Shown here one piece after another: positions 52,429 through 64,000 of a stretch of DNA of 64,000 nt. The stretch is from Eledone cirrhosa (taxonomy: Eukaryota), in NCBI GenBank assembly GCA_964016885.1, contig OZ024740.1, forward strand, positions 230,888,001 to 230,952,000, read 5' to 3'. The notes under the pieces were generated by a model. That model made no database searches, had not been told where the DNA came from, and saw only the letters and a list, made by a program, of their open reading frames with translations. Numbering within the stretch: the first letter of the stretch is position 1; each line of letters starts with the position of its first letter. A program made the position numbers and the translations under genes.

Positions 52429-53590
52429 CTTCTTCTTTTGCCATCAGTGTTTGACAAACTATGACGTTCCACGCTGTTCGATCTCAGGCAGTTTTGATGT
52501 TGACATTTTCAAAAAAGGACCTCCTTTGACGACCTCTGGCAATGCTTCCTAACAATTTTTCCACTAATGTCTTCTAGCATGCCTTTCCCGATGGCATGTC
52601 CTAGGAACAGTAGTTGTCTCTTTTTAATAGTGAGCTGTATCTCACGCTCCATCCGCACTCTCTTCAAAACCTCTTCATTATTTATTCGGTCGACGTATTA
52701 GATCCTGATTATTCTGCGATAGAGATACATCTCGTTAGACTCGAGGTATCTCCGTGTTTGATTCGTGAAAGTCCACAATTTGCAGCTGTAAAGAAACGTT
52801 GACCAGACAAATGTCTTCAGTAAACAAATTTTGATTCTGATTGAGAAGTTGCAATTGACAAAGATGAACTGGTGTCTTGAGAATGCATCTTTTGGAAGAG
52901 TTATTCTTCTTCGAATTTCTTTCTTGTATTTGGCATCTGAGGTGACCAGTGCACCCAGGTAATTGAAGGATAAAACCTGTTCAATACGGGTATTGCAGTG
53001 GTACAGCTGACATGTTGGAGGTACCTCGGCTATAACCATTACTTTGTTTCCTTGCTGTTGATGCTCAATCCCAATTGATCATCGGTAACAACTATTGTGT
53101 CAAAGAGTCTCTAGATATTCACTTGATATGGCAAGAATGACTGTATCATCAGTGTATCTAAGATTATTAACCTTGTGACCATTGCTGATAATTTCTTCTG
53201 GGCGGTCCTTGGGTTCACGAAGAATCATCTCTGAGTACAGATTAAAGAGGTCTGGCGACATTAGACATCCGTAGGTCTGGCGACATTACACTAATGAAAC
53301 CAATTAGTCATTTCCTCAAGTAGACCAACCGCAGCAAGTTGGTCATTGTAGACAGATTTTATTATTCTCATGTCTTTGTCATAAATTCTGATGTTGTCGG
53401 GCATTTTAAAAAGCTCAACATGTCGAACTTTATCAAAAGCTTTTTGATAATTGATAAACGCCACATAGAGATCTTGTTGGTGTTTTAAGGCTGTTTTGCT
53501 CAGCATTCTTAGGACAAAGATCGTATTTCTCGTACCTCAGTCCCTCATGAAACTGAACTGTGATTATGGGATTTCAGGAAGTATACTCAA
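52428..53590 (-). mobile_element. Decayed RTE (BovB-like) LINE, RT to 3' end
   Basis: DLYVAFINYQKAFDKVRH, MSPDLFNLYSE, RYTDDTV, FNYLGALVTSD..KKEIRRRI; (GAA)n tail. Confidence 0.85.
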
Positions 53591-54229
53591 CTGAAATGAC
53601 CTGGGGATTTAAATCTGTGATGGACTGGTGTCCTGTCCAGGAAGAAGTCTTGTACTCGCAATAACATCACACCACGCCTCCTGGCTTTAGACAGACTTTA
53701 GGTAGGTTAGGTATATATCTGCATGGTCTTATTCCTTATATAAATTTACAAATGGAAATACTACGAAGCAGTGATACACTACACATTTACCTTCAGAAAA
53801 CAGCTTTGCTTGTATATATAAATACAAGAAATAAAAAGAAGCCATTAATGTTAACAATGCAAATGACTGAGATACATGAGCACTTAAATACTGAAACAGT
53901 CTAAAAAGATGACTATTTATAGAGGTAATTACATCAATGGCTGTTTATATTAGTCAATATATAGAAATCTATTTTACTAGTACAATAGCTAAATATGTTT
54001 CCATTCATCTATATACATACATACATACATTTAGACATGTATATATCCCATGGAAAATGGACGTTAAACGATTATGATATAAACAGGTTCCAGTCTTAAT
54101 TCATGGTTGGGTAATTCTTGTAATAATATGCAAATGTTGAAATTTGCAACAACCCATCAATTTTACTTTTTGGGTAGCATATGTGTGTGAGTCTATACCC
54201 TCATATATATATATGTATATATATATATA

Positions 54230-54517
54230 TAAGGAAAGGTGGATGTAAAATTACTTCGCCTCAATTGACCTCGTTCGCTTTAACATTACACCAAAACACA
54301 TGAAAACGAAAACAGACCCCATAAAGTTAAAGAAGTCTTTGGACAAATTCCTTCAAGAAATCCTTGATAAATCTCCTACACCTGGATATGTCTCTGTAAA
54401 CAATAACTCTCTATTTGAGTGGGCCATGGTGCCCAAATCCTGATTTGAAAGACTTGGCCAGGTGGTGCTATTAAGTTGAACATGGCCTGGCCAATACTGG
54501 CCAAAACCTATCAAAGT
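54230..54517 (+). mobile_element. CR1-like LINE 3' fragment
   Basis: KLKKSLDKFLQEILDKSPTPGYVSVNNNSL; 3' ggtggtgcta...catggcc..gccaatactggc resembles the end of 55915-57150. Confidence 0.55.
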
Positions 54518-54536
54518 TATATATATATATATATAT

Positions 54537-54918
54537 TAAACGTTTGTATATGTATAATAAAGCCAAAACAATTCAGGTATGGACATAGAATAAAGAATGC
54601 AAAATATATTGTTGACAATTAATCTTTTACCTTAGATTTATTTAAATGTCCTTAATTTTCGAGATAATATCTCTTCTTTGGAGGGAAGTAAAGCGGTTAA
54701 ACCAGTGTTCTAAATAGCTTGCCAAGTTAAGCTATTTAGAACACTGGTTTAACCGCTTTACTTCCCTCCGAAGAAGAGATATTATCTCGAAAATTAAGGA
54801 CATTTAAATAAATCTAAGGTAAAAGACTAATTGTCAACAATATCTTTTGCATTTGCATTCTTTATTCTATGTCCATACCTGCATTGTTTAGGCTTTATTA
54901 TACATATACAAACGTTTA
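54537..54918. repeat. Near-perfect fold-back palindrome (~185-bp arms, 8-nt loop) containing a mutated minimal hammerhead
   Basis: Centre aaatagctt-gccaagtt-aagctattt; CCGAAGA(54768)-A-GAGAT-ATT-ATCTC-GAAA-AT-TA-AGG. Confidence 0.88.
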
Positions 54919-54962
54919 TACCTCATTACACAATGCTTCAAGTGAACTATAACTTCCTCCTC

Positions 54963-54999
<37 letters not shown>

Positions 55000-55914
55000 T
55001 ATATATAGAATAGAATTAGGATTTAGAACCATGCATAATTCTATTCAGATATGAATTGAAATTTCGTATTTCTAAAGAAATACGATATGTTTATAGATAA
55101 ACATTTATCAAGCCGTAGCTATGCAAATCACCGGGAATAATGCCCTCCTATAGTGTCCAGGAGAAGCAAGAGGGATAATCATCAATGCATTTCAAACTTA
55201 ACTGGTCTCATCAGGACGATCCCTCCTACTCTTGCAACTGCTGAATATATATTCTCGCCTGAAAATCAGGCGAGAATATATGGGTTTCTTGTCATATATA
55301 ACTATATATATATATACTCCTTCACACACACATATATATATATATAGTTATATATATATAATTATATATATATATATGTAATTATATATAGTTATATATA
55401 TATAATTATATATAGTTATATATATATAGAGGGTGGTGGATTGGCAGTATCGGTAGAGGGTCGGACGCCATGCTTTCCAGCATAGTTACGTCCCTTTACG
55501 ATCTGAGTTCAAATCCCGCCGAGGTTGACTTTGCCTTTCATCCTTACGGGGTCGATAAAATAAAGTACCAGTAATGCACTGGGTAATTGCTGGCCTTGTG
55601 CCTAAAGTAGAAACAGTTATATATATATAATTATATATAGTTATATATATATATAATTATATATATATATATATAGAAAAATGTGAGAAAAACCACAAAC
55701 CCTCCATCACAATTCTACTTTTGAAAAGCACAAGAACTGCGAAACCGGTAAAGGAACCAAATAAATATATATATTTAAAAAAAAAAAAGACTCCAGTTGC
55801 ATTTTCGATTTCATCTTTTTTTCTTTATACTTTCACTCATGTAGGACACCTCTGTTATTTTTCATTTTGTAAAAAAACCTCACTTTCTAATAAATAATAT
55901 ATATATAGTGATAT

Positions 55915-57162
55915 ATCTTTCTTTGCGAAGGCCTTTGACAAGGTCGACCACGGAATGATATGTCACAAACTACACGGACTCGGCATAACTGGAAAAGTAG
56001 GTGAGTGGCTGCATGACTTCCTAAAGGACAGAAGCCAGACAGTCGCAGCAAATGGAGCCCTCTCAAAGGAAACACCAATAGCAAGCGGGGTGCCCCAGGG
56101 GACAGTCCTGGGACCACTACTGTTTTTGGTGGCTCTCTCAGACATGCCCTCTGTAGTACATACAACAACATCCCTCACTAGCTATGCTGATGACACTAAG
56201 GTAGCACAGGCAATAAAAAACCCGGCTGACGCTGCCCTTTTACAACAAGATCTGGATGCCATATACAAATGGGCGGAAGAAAACAACATGCAGTTTAATG
56301 CTGGCAAATTCCAAGCCCTACAATACAAACTGCCAAACAAACCTGCAAACACAAATATAGTACAACACAACTACACAGGACCAGGAGGGACCGATATCCC
56401 CGTGTCAAAATCAATACGAGACCTGGGCATAGACATGAGCGATGATGCATCTTTTTCCTCACACATCATGAAAGTGGCGACAATGTGCAGATGACTCGCT
56501 GGCTGGATCTTGAGGACTTTCCGAACAAGAGACACTATGGAGGACATTTGTCCTAAGCCGCCTGGACTACTGCTCCCAGTTGTGGTCACCCCATAGTGTC
56601 AAACTAACTACGGAGCTTGAGGCAATCCAGCGAAGCTACACCAAGAGGATTGCCAAGATGAGGGAGAGAAGCTACTGGGACAAGCTAAAGGAACTGAACC
56701 TCTACTCCTTGGAATGAAGACGGGAGAGATACGCAGTGATCTACATGTGGAAAATCCTGGAGGGACTAGCACCAAACTTTGGCATTGGGAGCTGGACCAA
56801 CCGTCGAACAGGACGTCACTGTGTGGTGCCAAAGGTCCCGTCTTCCACATCTAGAATAAGGAGCAGGTATTGCAATAGCCTGGGATTCAAGGGCCCTCAA
56901 CTCTTCAACAAGCTGCCGAGGGATCTGAGAGATTTGCATAACGTGGAGGTGGATGTCTTCAAGAAACATCTCAACACCTTGCTATCCAGGATCCCAGATG
57001 AGCCCACAGCAAGGCACAAGGGAAACCTAAGGGCAGCAGCAACAAACTCCCTCTTACACCAGTGGCCAACCTATACAGGCTGGAGATAAAATGTGTAGCA
57101 ACAATGGCAGTGCCCCAGCATGGCCTCAGCCGGATGGCTGAAACAGGTAAAAAAAAAAAAAA
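55915..57162 (+). mobile_element. 5'-truncated CR1-group LINE (RT to 3' end)
   Basis: FAKAFDKVDHG, SGVPQGTVLGPLLFL, YADDTK, LQQDLDAIYKWAEENNMQFN, RDLGI; poly(A) at 57149. Confidence 0.92.
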
Positions 57163-57239
57163 GAGTATATATATATATATATATATATAATTATATATAT
57201 ATATAATTATATATATATATAATTATATATATATATAAT

Positions 57240-57270
<31 letters not shown>

Positions 57271-57302
57271 GTATATATATTTATATAATTATATATATAA
57301 TT

Positions 57303-58128
57303 ATCATCATCATCATCATCGTTTAACGTCCATCTTCCACGCTTGCATGGGTTTGGACGGGAGTTTTCCCACTTGAGGTAAGAGTGGTTGTCTTGCTCGC
57401 ATAGGACTGTCTGGCAGGTTTTCTACGGTTGGATGCCCTTCCTAACGCCAACCACGTTTACAGTGTGGACTGGGAGGTTTTTACCGTGTTGCCTACACGG
57501 CCACATTACAGCGTGGACTGTGTGTTTTTTTGTCGTGACACCTACACGACCTCATTTGTTTCGGACTGGATGTTGTGGTACCAACATAACTTTACAGTGA
57601 AAGGGGTGGTGTGGATGGGGTGGGGGTAGTGGGACGGCGGTGTATTTTTGTTAGAGGTGCCTACTGACTGTGGTAGGTTTCACTTTGTACTTAGGTAAGG
57701 CGGGTCTTCTGTATTATTGTGTAGCGCCAAAGATCTCGGTCCAGTGACATTGTCTTGGAGAGGTGTATGTGAGGTCGGAATTTATCAAGTCATCCCAGAT
57801 TTTTCAGGGTCTGCCTATGCCGTGGCTACCGTCTATTTTTATTGCCCTGCACTTTTTTTTATACAGCTGTCGTCTTTCATGCACATCACGTGACCGTACC
57901 AACGTAGTCTTCTCTCGAGTAAACAACATCTGATCCCTCTTATTTCTAATTTTTCCCTTAGTTCGTTTATGCTTTGCCGTTCACGTATATTACTATTACA
58001 CATCCAGCGGAGCATGCAAGCTTCGTTTCTCTCCAGTCTGCGTATATCCTCTGCACACAATGCCCAGGTCTCACTGCCATGTAACATTGGTGTTCGTATG
58101 CAGGCATCATACAGCCTGCCTTTCATTT
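57303..58128 (-). mobile_element. RTE LINE 3' fragment, same subfamily as 19440-20862
   Basis: MKGRLYDACIRTPMLHGSETW...RLRWYGHV; matching 3' UTR and (ATC)n tail. Confidence 0.9.
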
Positions 58129-58299
58129 TTATATATATTATATATATTATATATATATATATATATAACTATATATATGTATATATATATATATAAAATT
58201 ATATATATATATAACTATATATATGTATATATATATATATAAAATTATATATATATGTAACTATATATATATGTGTGTATATATATATATAGAAGTAGT

Positions 58300-58331
<32 letters not shown>

Positions 58332-58337
<6 letters not shown>

Positions 58338-58985
58338 GTGGTTGATAACTTCCAGTACCTAGGTGCTCAGATTAGCATGGGAGGTGGGTGTTCCGAGGCT
58401 ATAGTATCTAGAATAAGGATGGGTTGGAAGAAGTTTAGGGAGCTGCTTCCTCTGTTGACAAAGAAAGGTTTCTCCCTGCGTATGAAAGGACGGTTATATG
58501 ATACCTGTGTAAGATGTGTGATGTTGCATGGTAGTGAGACATGGGCAGCAACTGCAGAGGATATGCGACAGCTGGAGAGAAATGAAGCAAGCATGCTCCG
58601 TTGGATGTGCAATGTCAATGTTCGTGAATGACCCAGCATAGGCGAGTTGAGAAAGAAACTGGGTATAAAAGTGATAAGTTGTGGTGTGCAGGAGAGAAGA
58701 CTGAGATGGTATGGGCAAGTGATGTGCATGGAGGATGACCGCTGGGTAAAGAAGTGCCAAGAAATCCCAGTAGAAGGAAGACACAGTAGAGGTAAACCAT
58801 GGGTGGAGGTGGTGAGAGCAGAACTCAGATCGCTGGCAGAGGTGGTGAGAGCAAACCTCAGATTGCTGATACTCACAGAGGAGAGGACAAAGGACCATGA
58901 CAAGTGGAGAGATGCTGTGCTGAATAGGACCCGTCCAACCCTTGCAAGCAGGGAAAAGTGGACGTAAAATGATGATGAAGATGAT
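58332..58985 (+). mobile_element. RTE LINE 3' fragment, same subfamily as 8830-9235
   Basis: IEVVDNFQYLG...GWKKFRELLPLL...HGSETW...RLRWYG; (GAT)n tail. Confidence 0.9.
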
Positions 58986-59042
58986 ATATATATAATTATA
59001 TAATTATATAATTATATATATATATAATTATATATATATAAT

Positions 59043-59074
<32 letters not shown>

Positions 59075-59104
59075 TATACTTATATATCTATATATATAAC
59101 TATA

Positions 59105-59185
<81 letters not shown>

Positions 59186-60122
59186 CTATATATATATATA
59201 TATATATAACTATATATATGTATATATATATAATTATATATATATATATATCTATGGCTTAGTAGTTAGAGCATTGGGCTTGCAATCGAAAGGTTGTGTG
59301 TTCAATTCTCAGACCGGGTGATGTGTTGTTTCCTTGAGCAAGACACTTTATTTCACATTGCTCCAGTTTGTTCAGCTATAGAAATGAGATGACAGGACTG
59401 GGGTCCCTATCATTCCACTGCAAAGTGGTCGTGGAGGTGCCACCGCAAAAAAGCACCCAGCCCACACTGTAAATGAGGTTGGTGTTAGGAAGGGCATCCA
59501 GCTGTAGAAATCAAACCAGAATCAGTTCCCGTCCCACCCTTGCAAGCAGGGAAAAGCGGACATAAAATAATAAGTACAGCTGACCTCCTCTATTGTGTTG
59601 GTAGTGGTAGTGATGTTAAGGGGTCAACTGGCAGGTCAGCTTTAGTGTGCTGCTGCTATGTTCAGAAGAATTTGTGTGTGTAGGTTGGCATCTATCCTGC
59701 CACCATTTCACGTGGTGGGGGGTGCCAAACATAACAAAATAAAAAAAAATGCGTGTGTGTTACAACCAATATAAAAATTTGAAAGATTTGAAAAATATTA
59801 ACTGAAGTAGAAAACCTGTGTGTCAGAATTGAAAAGTGTAAAGAATTACAATTCTTACACTATATATAAGAAACGAAAACCAACCAAACTGAGTATATGT
59901 ATATATATATGATTTTTAATGCAATGAAATATCTATGATCGTCGGCAAATCACTGACGAGGGACTTATTTTATTACATGTTATCCATGTGCAACCAGCAG
60001 TATTCTTCTCCCCATTTTTTCACATATGTTTATATATATATATATAACTTGAAAGCAGGGAAAAGCGGACGTAAAATGAAATGATGATGATGATGATGAT
60101 GATGATAACTATATATATGTAT

Positions 60123-60519
60123 ATAAATTATTAAAAAAATAATGAATAAACAAAGAAACAGTTCCTTAAATTAAAAAAAATTCATTATTTTACGATCGTT
60201 TCTAGGATATATGTGTTAGAGTTGGTATGCATATTCTATAGATCTATGTACAATATTTATACAAACTATCAGAGGGAATATACATACCTACACATATATA
60301 TGCTGTCTTCAGAAATAATGATTATTTCTGAAGACAGCATATATATGTGTAGGTATGTATATTCCCTCTGATAGTTTGTATAAATATTGTACATAGATCT
60401 ATAGAATATGCATACCAACTCTAACACATATATATCCTAGAAACGATCGTAAAATAATGAATTTTTTTTAATATAAGGAACTGTTTCTTTGTTTATTCAT
60501 TATTTTTTAAATAATTTAT
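60123..60519. repeat. Near-perfect ~195-bp-arm palindrome centred at 60320
   Basis: ...gtcttcagaaataat-g-attatttctgaagac...; arms pair out to ataatgaataaacaaagaaacagttcctta. Confidence 0.92.
60321..60458 (+). ncRNA. Type I hammerhead ribozyme candidate (Penelope-like) with extended helix II; mirror copy on the minus strand in the left arm
   Basis: Helix I attattt/aaataat; CTGAAGA 60328-60334; helix II atatatatgtgt/acacatatatat and ggtatgtatattc/gaatatgcatacc; GAAA 60440; palindromic helix III CGATCG; GTA cleavage triplet 60449-60451. Confidence 0.65.
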
Positions 60520-60764
60520 CTTGACTCTGTTTTCCGTTTATTTTTCACCGAAAGTAGTTTTTGAATGCATCTTCTCTTTTCATGATATCCGGATTACATT
60601 GAGTTCTTCATACGGATTGGACACTACCGTAAACTTTTGGTAGATTTTTCTACATATATGTATATATATAACTATATATATGTATGCATATATATATATA
60701 ACTATATATATGTATGTATATATATATAACTATATATATGTATGTATATATATATAACTATATG

Positions 60765-61548
60765 TGTGTCCGGAATGATGCCAGTGTACTTAGTGTCACG
60801 AATGATCAAAAAAAGGAGGCCTGGAAATGTCATTATGAGAGACTGATAAATGTGGAGAACGAATGGGCGAGAGAGAAATTACAGTAGATCTGACAGAGGG
60901 ACCAGCTATTGAGATTGACGAATATAGGGTACAAGAGGCAATTAAGGAAATGAAGAATGGTAAGGCTGCTGGACCATTGGGAATAGTTGCTGAGATGCTG
61001 AAGGCATCATGAGAAGTAGGCACTAAACTGGTTGCATGCATCATCAATCAAACTATATATGGCGGTGTCAGACCCAAAGACTGGTGCAGTAGTATTCTCA
61101 TAAATTGCTACAAAGGTAAAGGGGATGCTTTGGAGAGGAGCAATTATAGGGGCATAAAACTGATGGATCAGGTTATGAAAGTGGCAGAAAGGATATTAGC
61201 GCAACTAATTAGAGAAAGGGTCAAATTAGATGAGATGCAGTTTGATTTTGTGCCGGGGAAAAGTACAACAGATGCCCTCTTGAGACAACTACAAGAGAGG
61301 TTCTTAGAGAAGAATAAGCCACTATACTTAGCCTTTGTTGACCTAGAGAAGGCCTTTGATAGAGTACCCCGATCTGTCATCTGGTGGTCCCTAAGGAAAC
61401 TAGGTGTGGAGGAATGGCTTGTGAGGACAGTGCAAGCTTTGTACAGAGGGGCTGTCAGTAAAGTGAGGGTAGGAATAGAGTTCAGTGAGGAATTCCAGAT
61501 ACAAGTAGGAGTACATCAGGGTTCAGTCCTCAGCCCGCTCTTGTTCTT
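60765..61548 (+). mobile_element. RTE LINE RT fragment
   Basis: NYRGIKLMDQ, AFVDLEKAFDRVPR, GVHQGSVLSPLLF; cut off abruptly by a Penelope-like fragment. Confidence 0.9.
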
Positions 61549-61996
61549 TATTAGTGTTCGGTTTGGCTATTTCTCATGCTTGTTGCCTATTTCCATGTTT
61601 AATTCTATATTTGTTATTTCTATGGGTATGGGTAGTGTAATTGGCGTTAGGTTTGTAGTTGCTGTCTCTATCGGGTATGTATTTGAGCCCTTCCTTGTGG
61701 CCTGCCTTATGTAAAGCTATGTTATTGCGTGTTCATTGAACATTTCTAGGTTAGAAGATAGGCGGGATATTCTGAGGGATATACTATGTGCTATCGAGTT
61801 AATTATGGAGTGGTTTGAGTTATAACTAATGTAGTCTAGATTCTCGTTATTTTTCTGGAAAGGCTCTATTAGTCCTGTGTTTAGGTTGAGTGTTACATCT
61901 AAGAAGTCTGCTTTTTTAGAGTTAAGTTCGAAAGTGATACCTAGGCCTAGTCTATTGAAGAAAACTCTAATGTTTTTCTGTAATCTTTCTATGCTT
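61549..61996 (-). mobile_element. Penelope-like RT/thumb fragment
   Basis: LGITFELNSKKADFLDVTLNL...PFQKNNENLDYISYNSNH...ISLRISRLSSN. Confidence 0.8.
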
Positions 61997-63731
61997 TGAT
62001 GTAACAAAAACATTTTTTTTTCTCTGTTCCTGGCTTGTAATCACTTTTTTTGTGTTGCTTAGGTCCCAAATAAATAAAAAAAAGTGCTATTAAACAGTTA
62101 AAAGTTTGGGTTTGTAAAAATTCTAAGCTATTCACTAGAATTATTTGTATGCTGGATTTTACGTTGTATGTAAGTTTAATTTGCTTATGTTAAATGATTT
62201 TTTTATATATGTTTCAGGTTAAATTAAAATTATAAAATAAAGAGTAATACCTAAAGAAAATTATAAAAGTGCAATAAAGTATAAAATTATTAAAAAGTGG
62301 ATTAAAGAGATTTATTGATATTGGATTTTCGCACCCTGAACAAAGGGTAAGTTGTGTTTTAAGCATTCGTCTCCAGGATGAAGCAGTGGAACTTGGTCAA
62401 GGAGGAAGTGCAGGTGACAAGTCAGAGAAGTCGACACGAACCTTTCTCAGGCTTTTACACTCTTAGGGATGGCCTCTGCTTCTGCCATGACGTGCCTGGA
62501 CTGTTTGACGTTATTGGGGTGCCGTTTGTGCCCAAGGAGTGGCGGCTATTTATAGACACCTCCACCACAAGTTTGAAGGCTGTCCTCCTCCACAACAGAA
62601 ACAAGTTCCCGACACTGCCCCTAGCTCATTCAGTCTACCTGAAGGAAAATTACTACAGTGTGAATGTCCTCTTGGAAGCTCGCAATATAACCAGTACAAT
62701 TGGGAAATCATTGGAGACTTCAAGATGGTGGCTTTCCTGCTTGGACTCCAAGGAGGCTTTATCAAATTCCAATGCTTCCTCTGCCTTTGGGACAGCAGAG
62801 CCACCTCTGACCACTACAAAAGAAAGAACTGGGAGCAGCGAACAGAATTTGTAGTTGGGACCCGGAACGTCATGTGGGAGCCACTGGTTGATCCCAGGAT
62901 TGTGCTCATGTCGCCACTGCACATTTAGTTGGGGTTGATGAAGCAGTTTGTGAAGGCTCTCAACCAAGAATCAGCCGCTTTTAAGTACCTTCTTGAGTTC
63001 TTCCCCAAGTTATCTGAGGCCAAAATCAAAGGTAGAATTTTTGTTGGACCTCAGATAAAGAAGGTGTTTGAGTCTACCGAGTTCTCCAATAAGCTCAATA
63101 GGATTGAGAGAACAACATTGAACTGTTTCAAGGCAGTTGTTAAGGGCTTCCTGGGCAACTACAGAGCTGAAAACTACCAGCAACTGGTGCAGGATCTGAT
63201 AAAGGCTTTTGGCGCCATAGGATGCAGGATGTCGCTTAAACTCCATATGCTGGACGCTCACCTGGAAAAAGTCAAGGACAATATGGGCACCTACTCAGAA
63301 GAACAAAGTGAACGATTCCACCAAGATGTGAAAGAGATAGAGCGGAGGTACCAGGGCCACTACAATGATGGGGGACTATATCTGGGAGTTAGTGCGGGAA
63401 TGCGACCTAGACTACAACCACAAATCCAGGAAATACAGTCATTTCTGACGTGTATAAGTTACTTTATAAATGTTATTTGTTTTTACTTGTTTGCTTTTGA
63501 TAAACTTGTGTAATAAAATAAATATATACTCTGTTGATTTAATTATATGAACTGATAAATTTAAAAAAAATGTGTTTTTTCTTGAAAAATATAAAAATTT
63601 CAAAATATCAAACTCCTGACCACAAAACCAAACTTCTGATTAAATAATAGTGTTTTTTTTTATAATAATGGGATATAACAAACCATGAAATGACACTTAG
63701 AACCGGGGAACAAAAAATATGTTACACGGTG
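61997..63731 (+). mobile_element. Chapaev3-type (CMC) DNA transposon, internally deleted and frameshifted
   Basis: WRLFIDTSTTSLKAVLLH, GDFKMVAFLLGLQGG...CFLCLWDSR, PLHI.LGLMKQFVKAL, MSLKLH, SEEQSERFHQD; termini tgtaacaaaaa..tttt.tgttcc / ggaacaaaaaatatgttacacggtg. Confidence 0.85.
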
Positions 63732-63847
63732 TTATTCATGTTTTTAGCTAAAAGGAGCGTGTCGTCTCTATAACTTCCTCCTTGGAGGTTACTAAATTCC
63801 TTATGGAAGTTATGCGCTATATATATATATATAAATAACTATATATA

Positions 63848-63889
<42 letters not shown>

Positions 63890-64000
63890 TAATGGTATAT
63901 CGTGCAATGGCCATACTCGATAACGAGGGGGCAGCCATCATATATATATATATATATATTTATACTTTGGGAGGGTCATGCTGCCAATAAAAACACACAC

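Noticed and set aside
55430-55525. tRNA genes suggested by A/B-box motifs
   Set aside because: They are SINE heads continuing into shared bodies, some with TSDs, and no complete cloverleaf is evident

Overview
AT-rich, microsatellite- and TE-dense animal DNA. The SINE families, RTE LINEs and (TA)/(CA)/(ATC) tracts point to a coleoid cephalopod, probably Octopus (inference). Three host genes are supported, all on the minus strand. (1) The first coding, RING-finger exon of a TRAF-family gene at 26053-26286; no later exon was found in the 26 kb to the left window edge, and a candidate 5' exon with a kappaB site lies near 33.8 kb. (2) A spliced 46-aa basic microprotein ORF at 36395-36629, absent from the ORF track, which resembles from memory the conserved uORF peptide of PRL/PTP4A phosphatases, although no PRL CDS is visible downstream. 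(3) A TEX14-like pseudokinase at 41393-49439 with a shortened N-lobe, apparently no ankyrin repeats and a ~120-aa internal tandem duplication. The rest is decayed RTE, CR1-like and CRE-like LINEs, Penelope-like elements, mariner and Chapaev3-type transposons, Helitron ends, MITEs and tRNA-derived SINEs. Several long fold-back palindromes carry Penelope-type hammerhead ribozyme cores, one apparently near-intact with a ~105-nt helix II (60321-60458). All calls were made by eye; TE boundaries are approximate.
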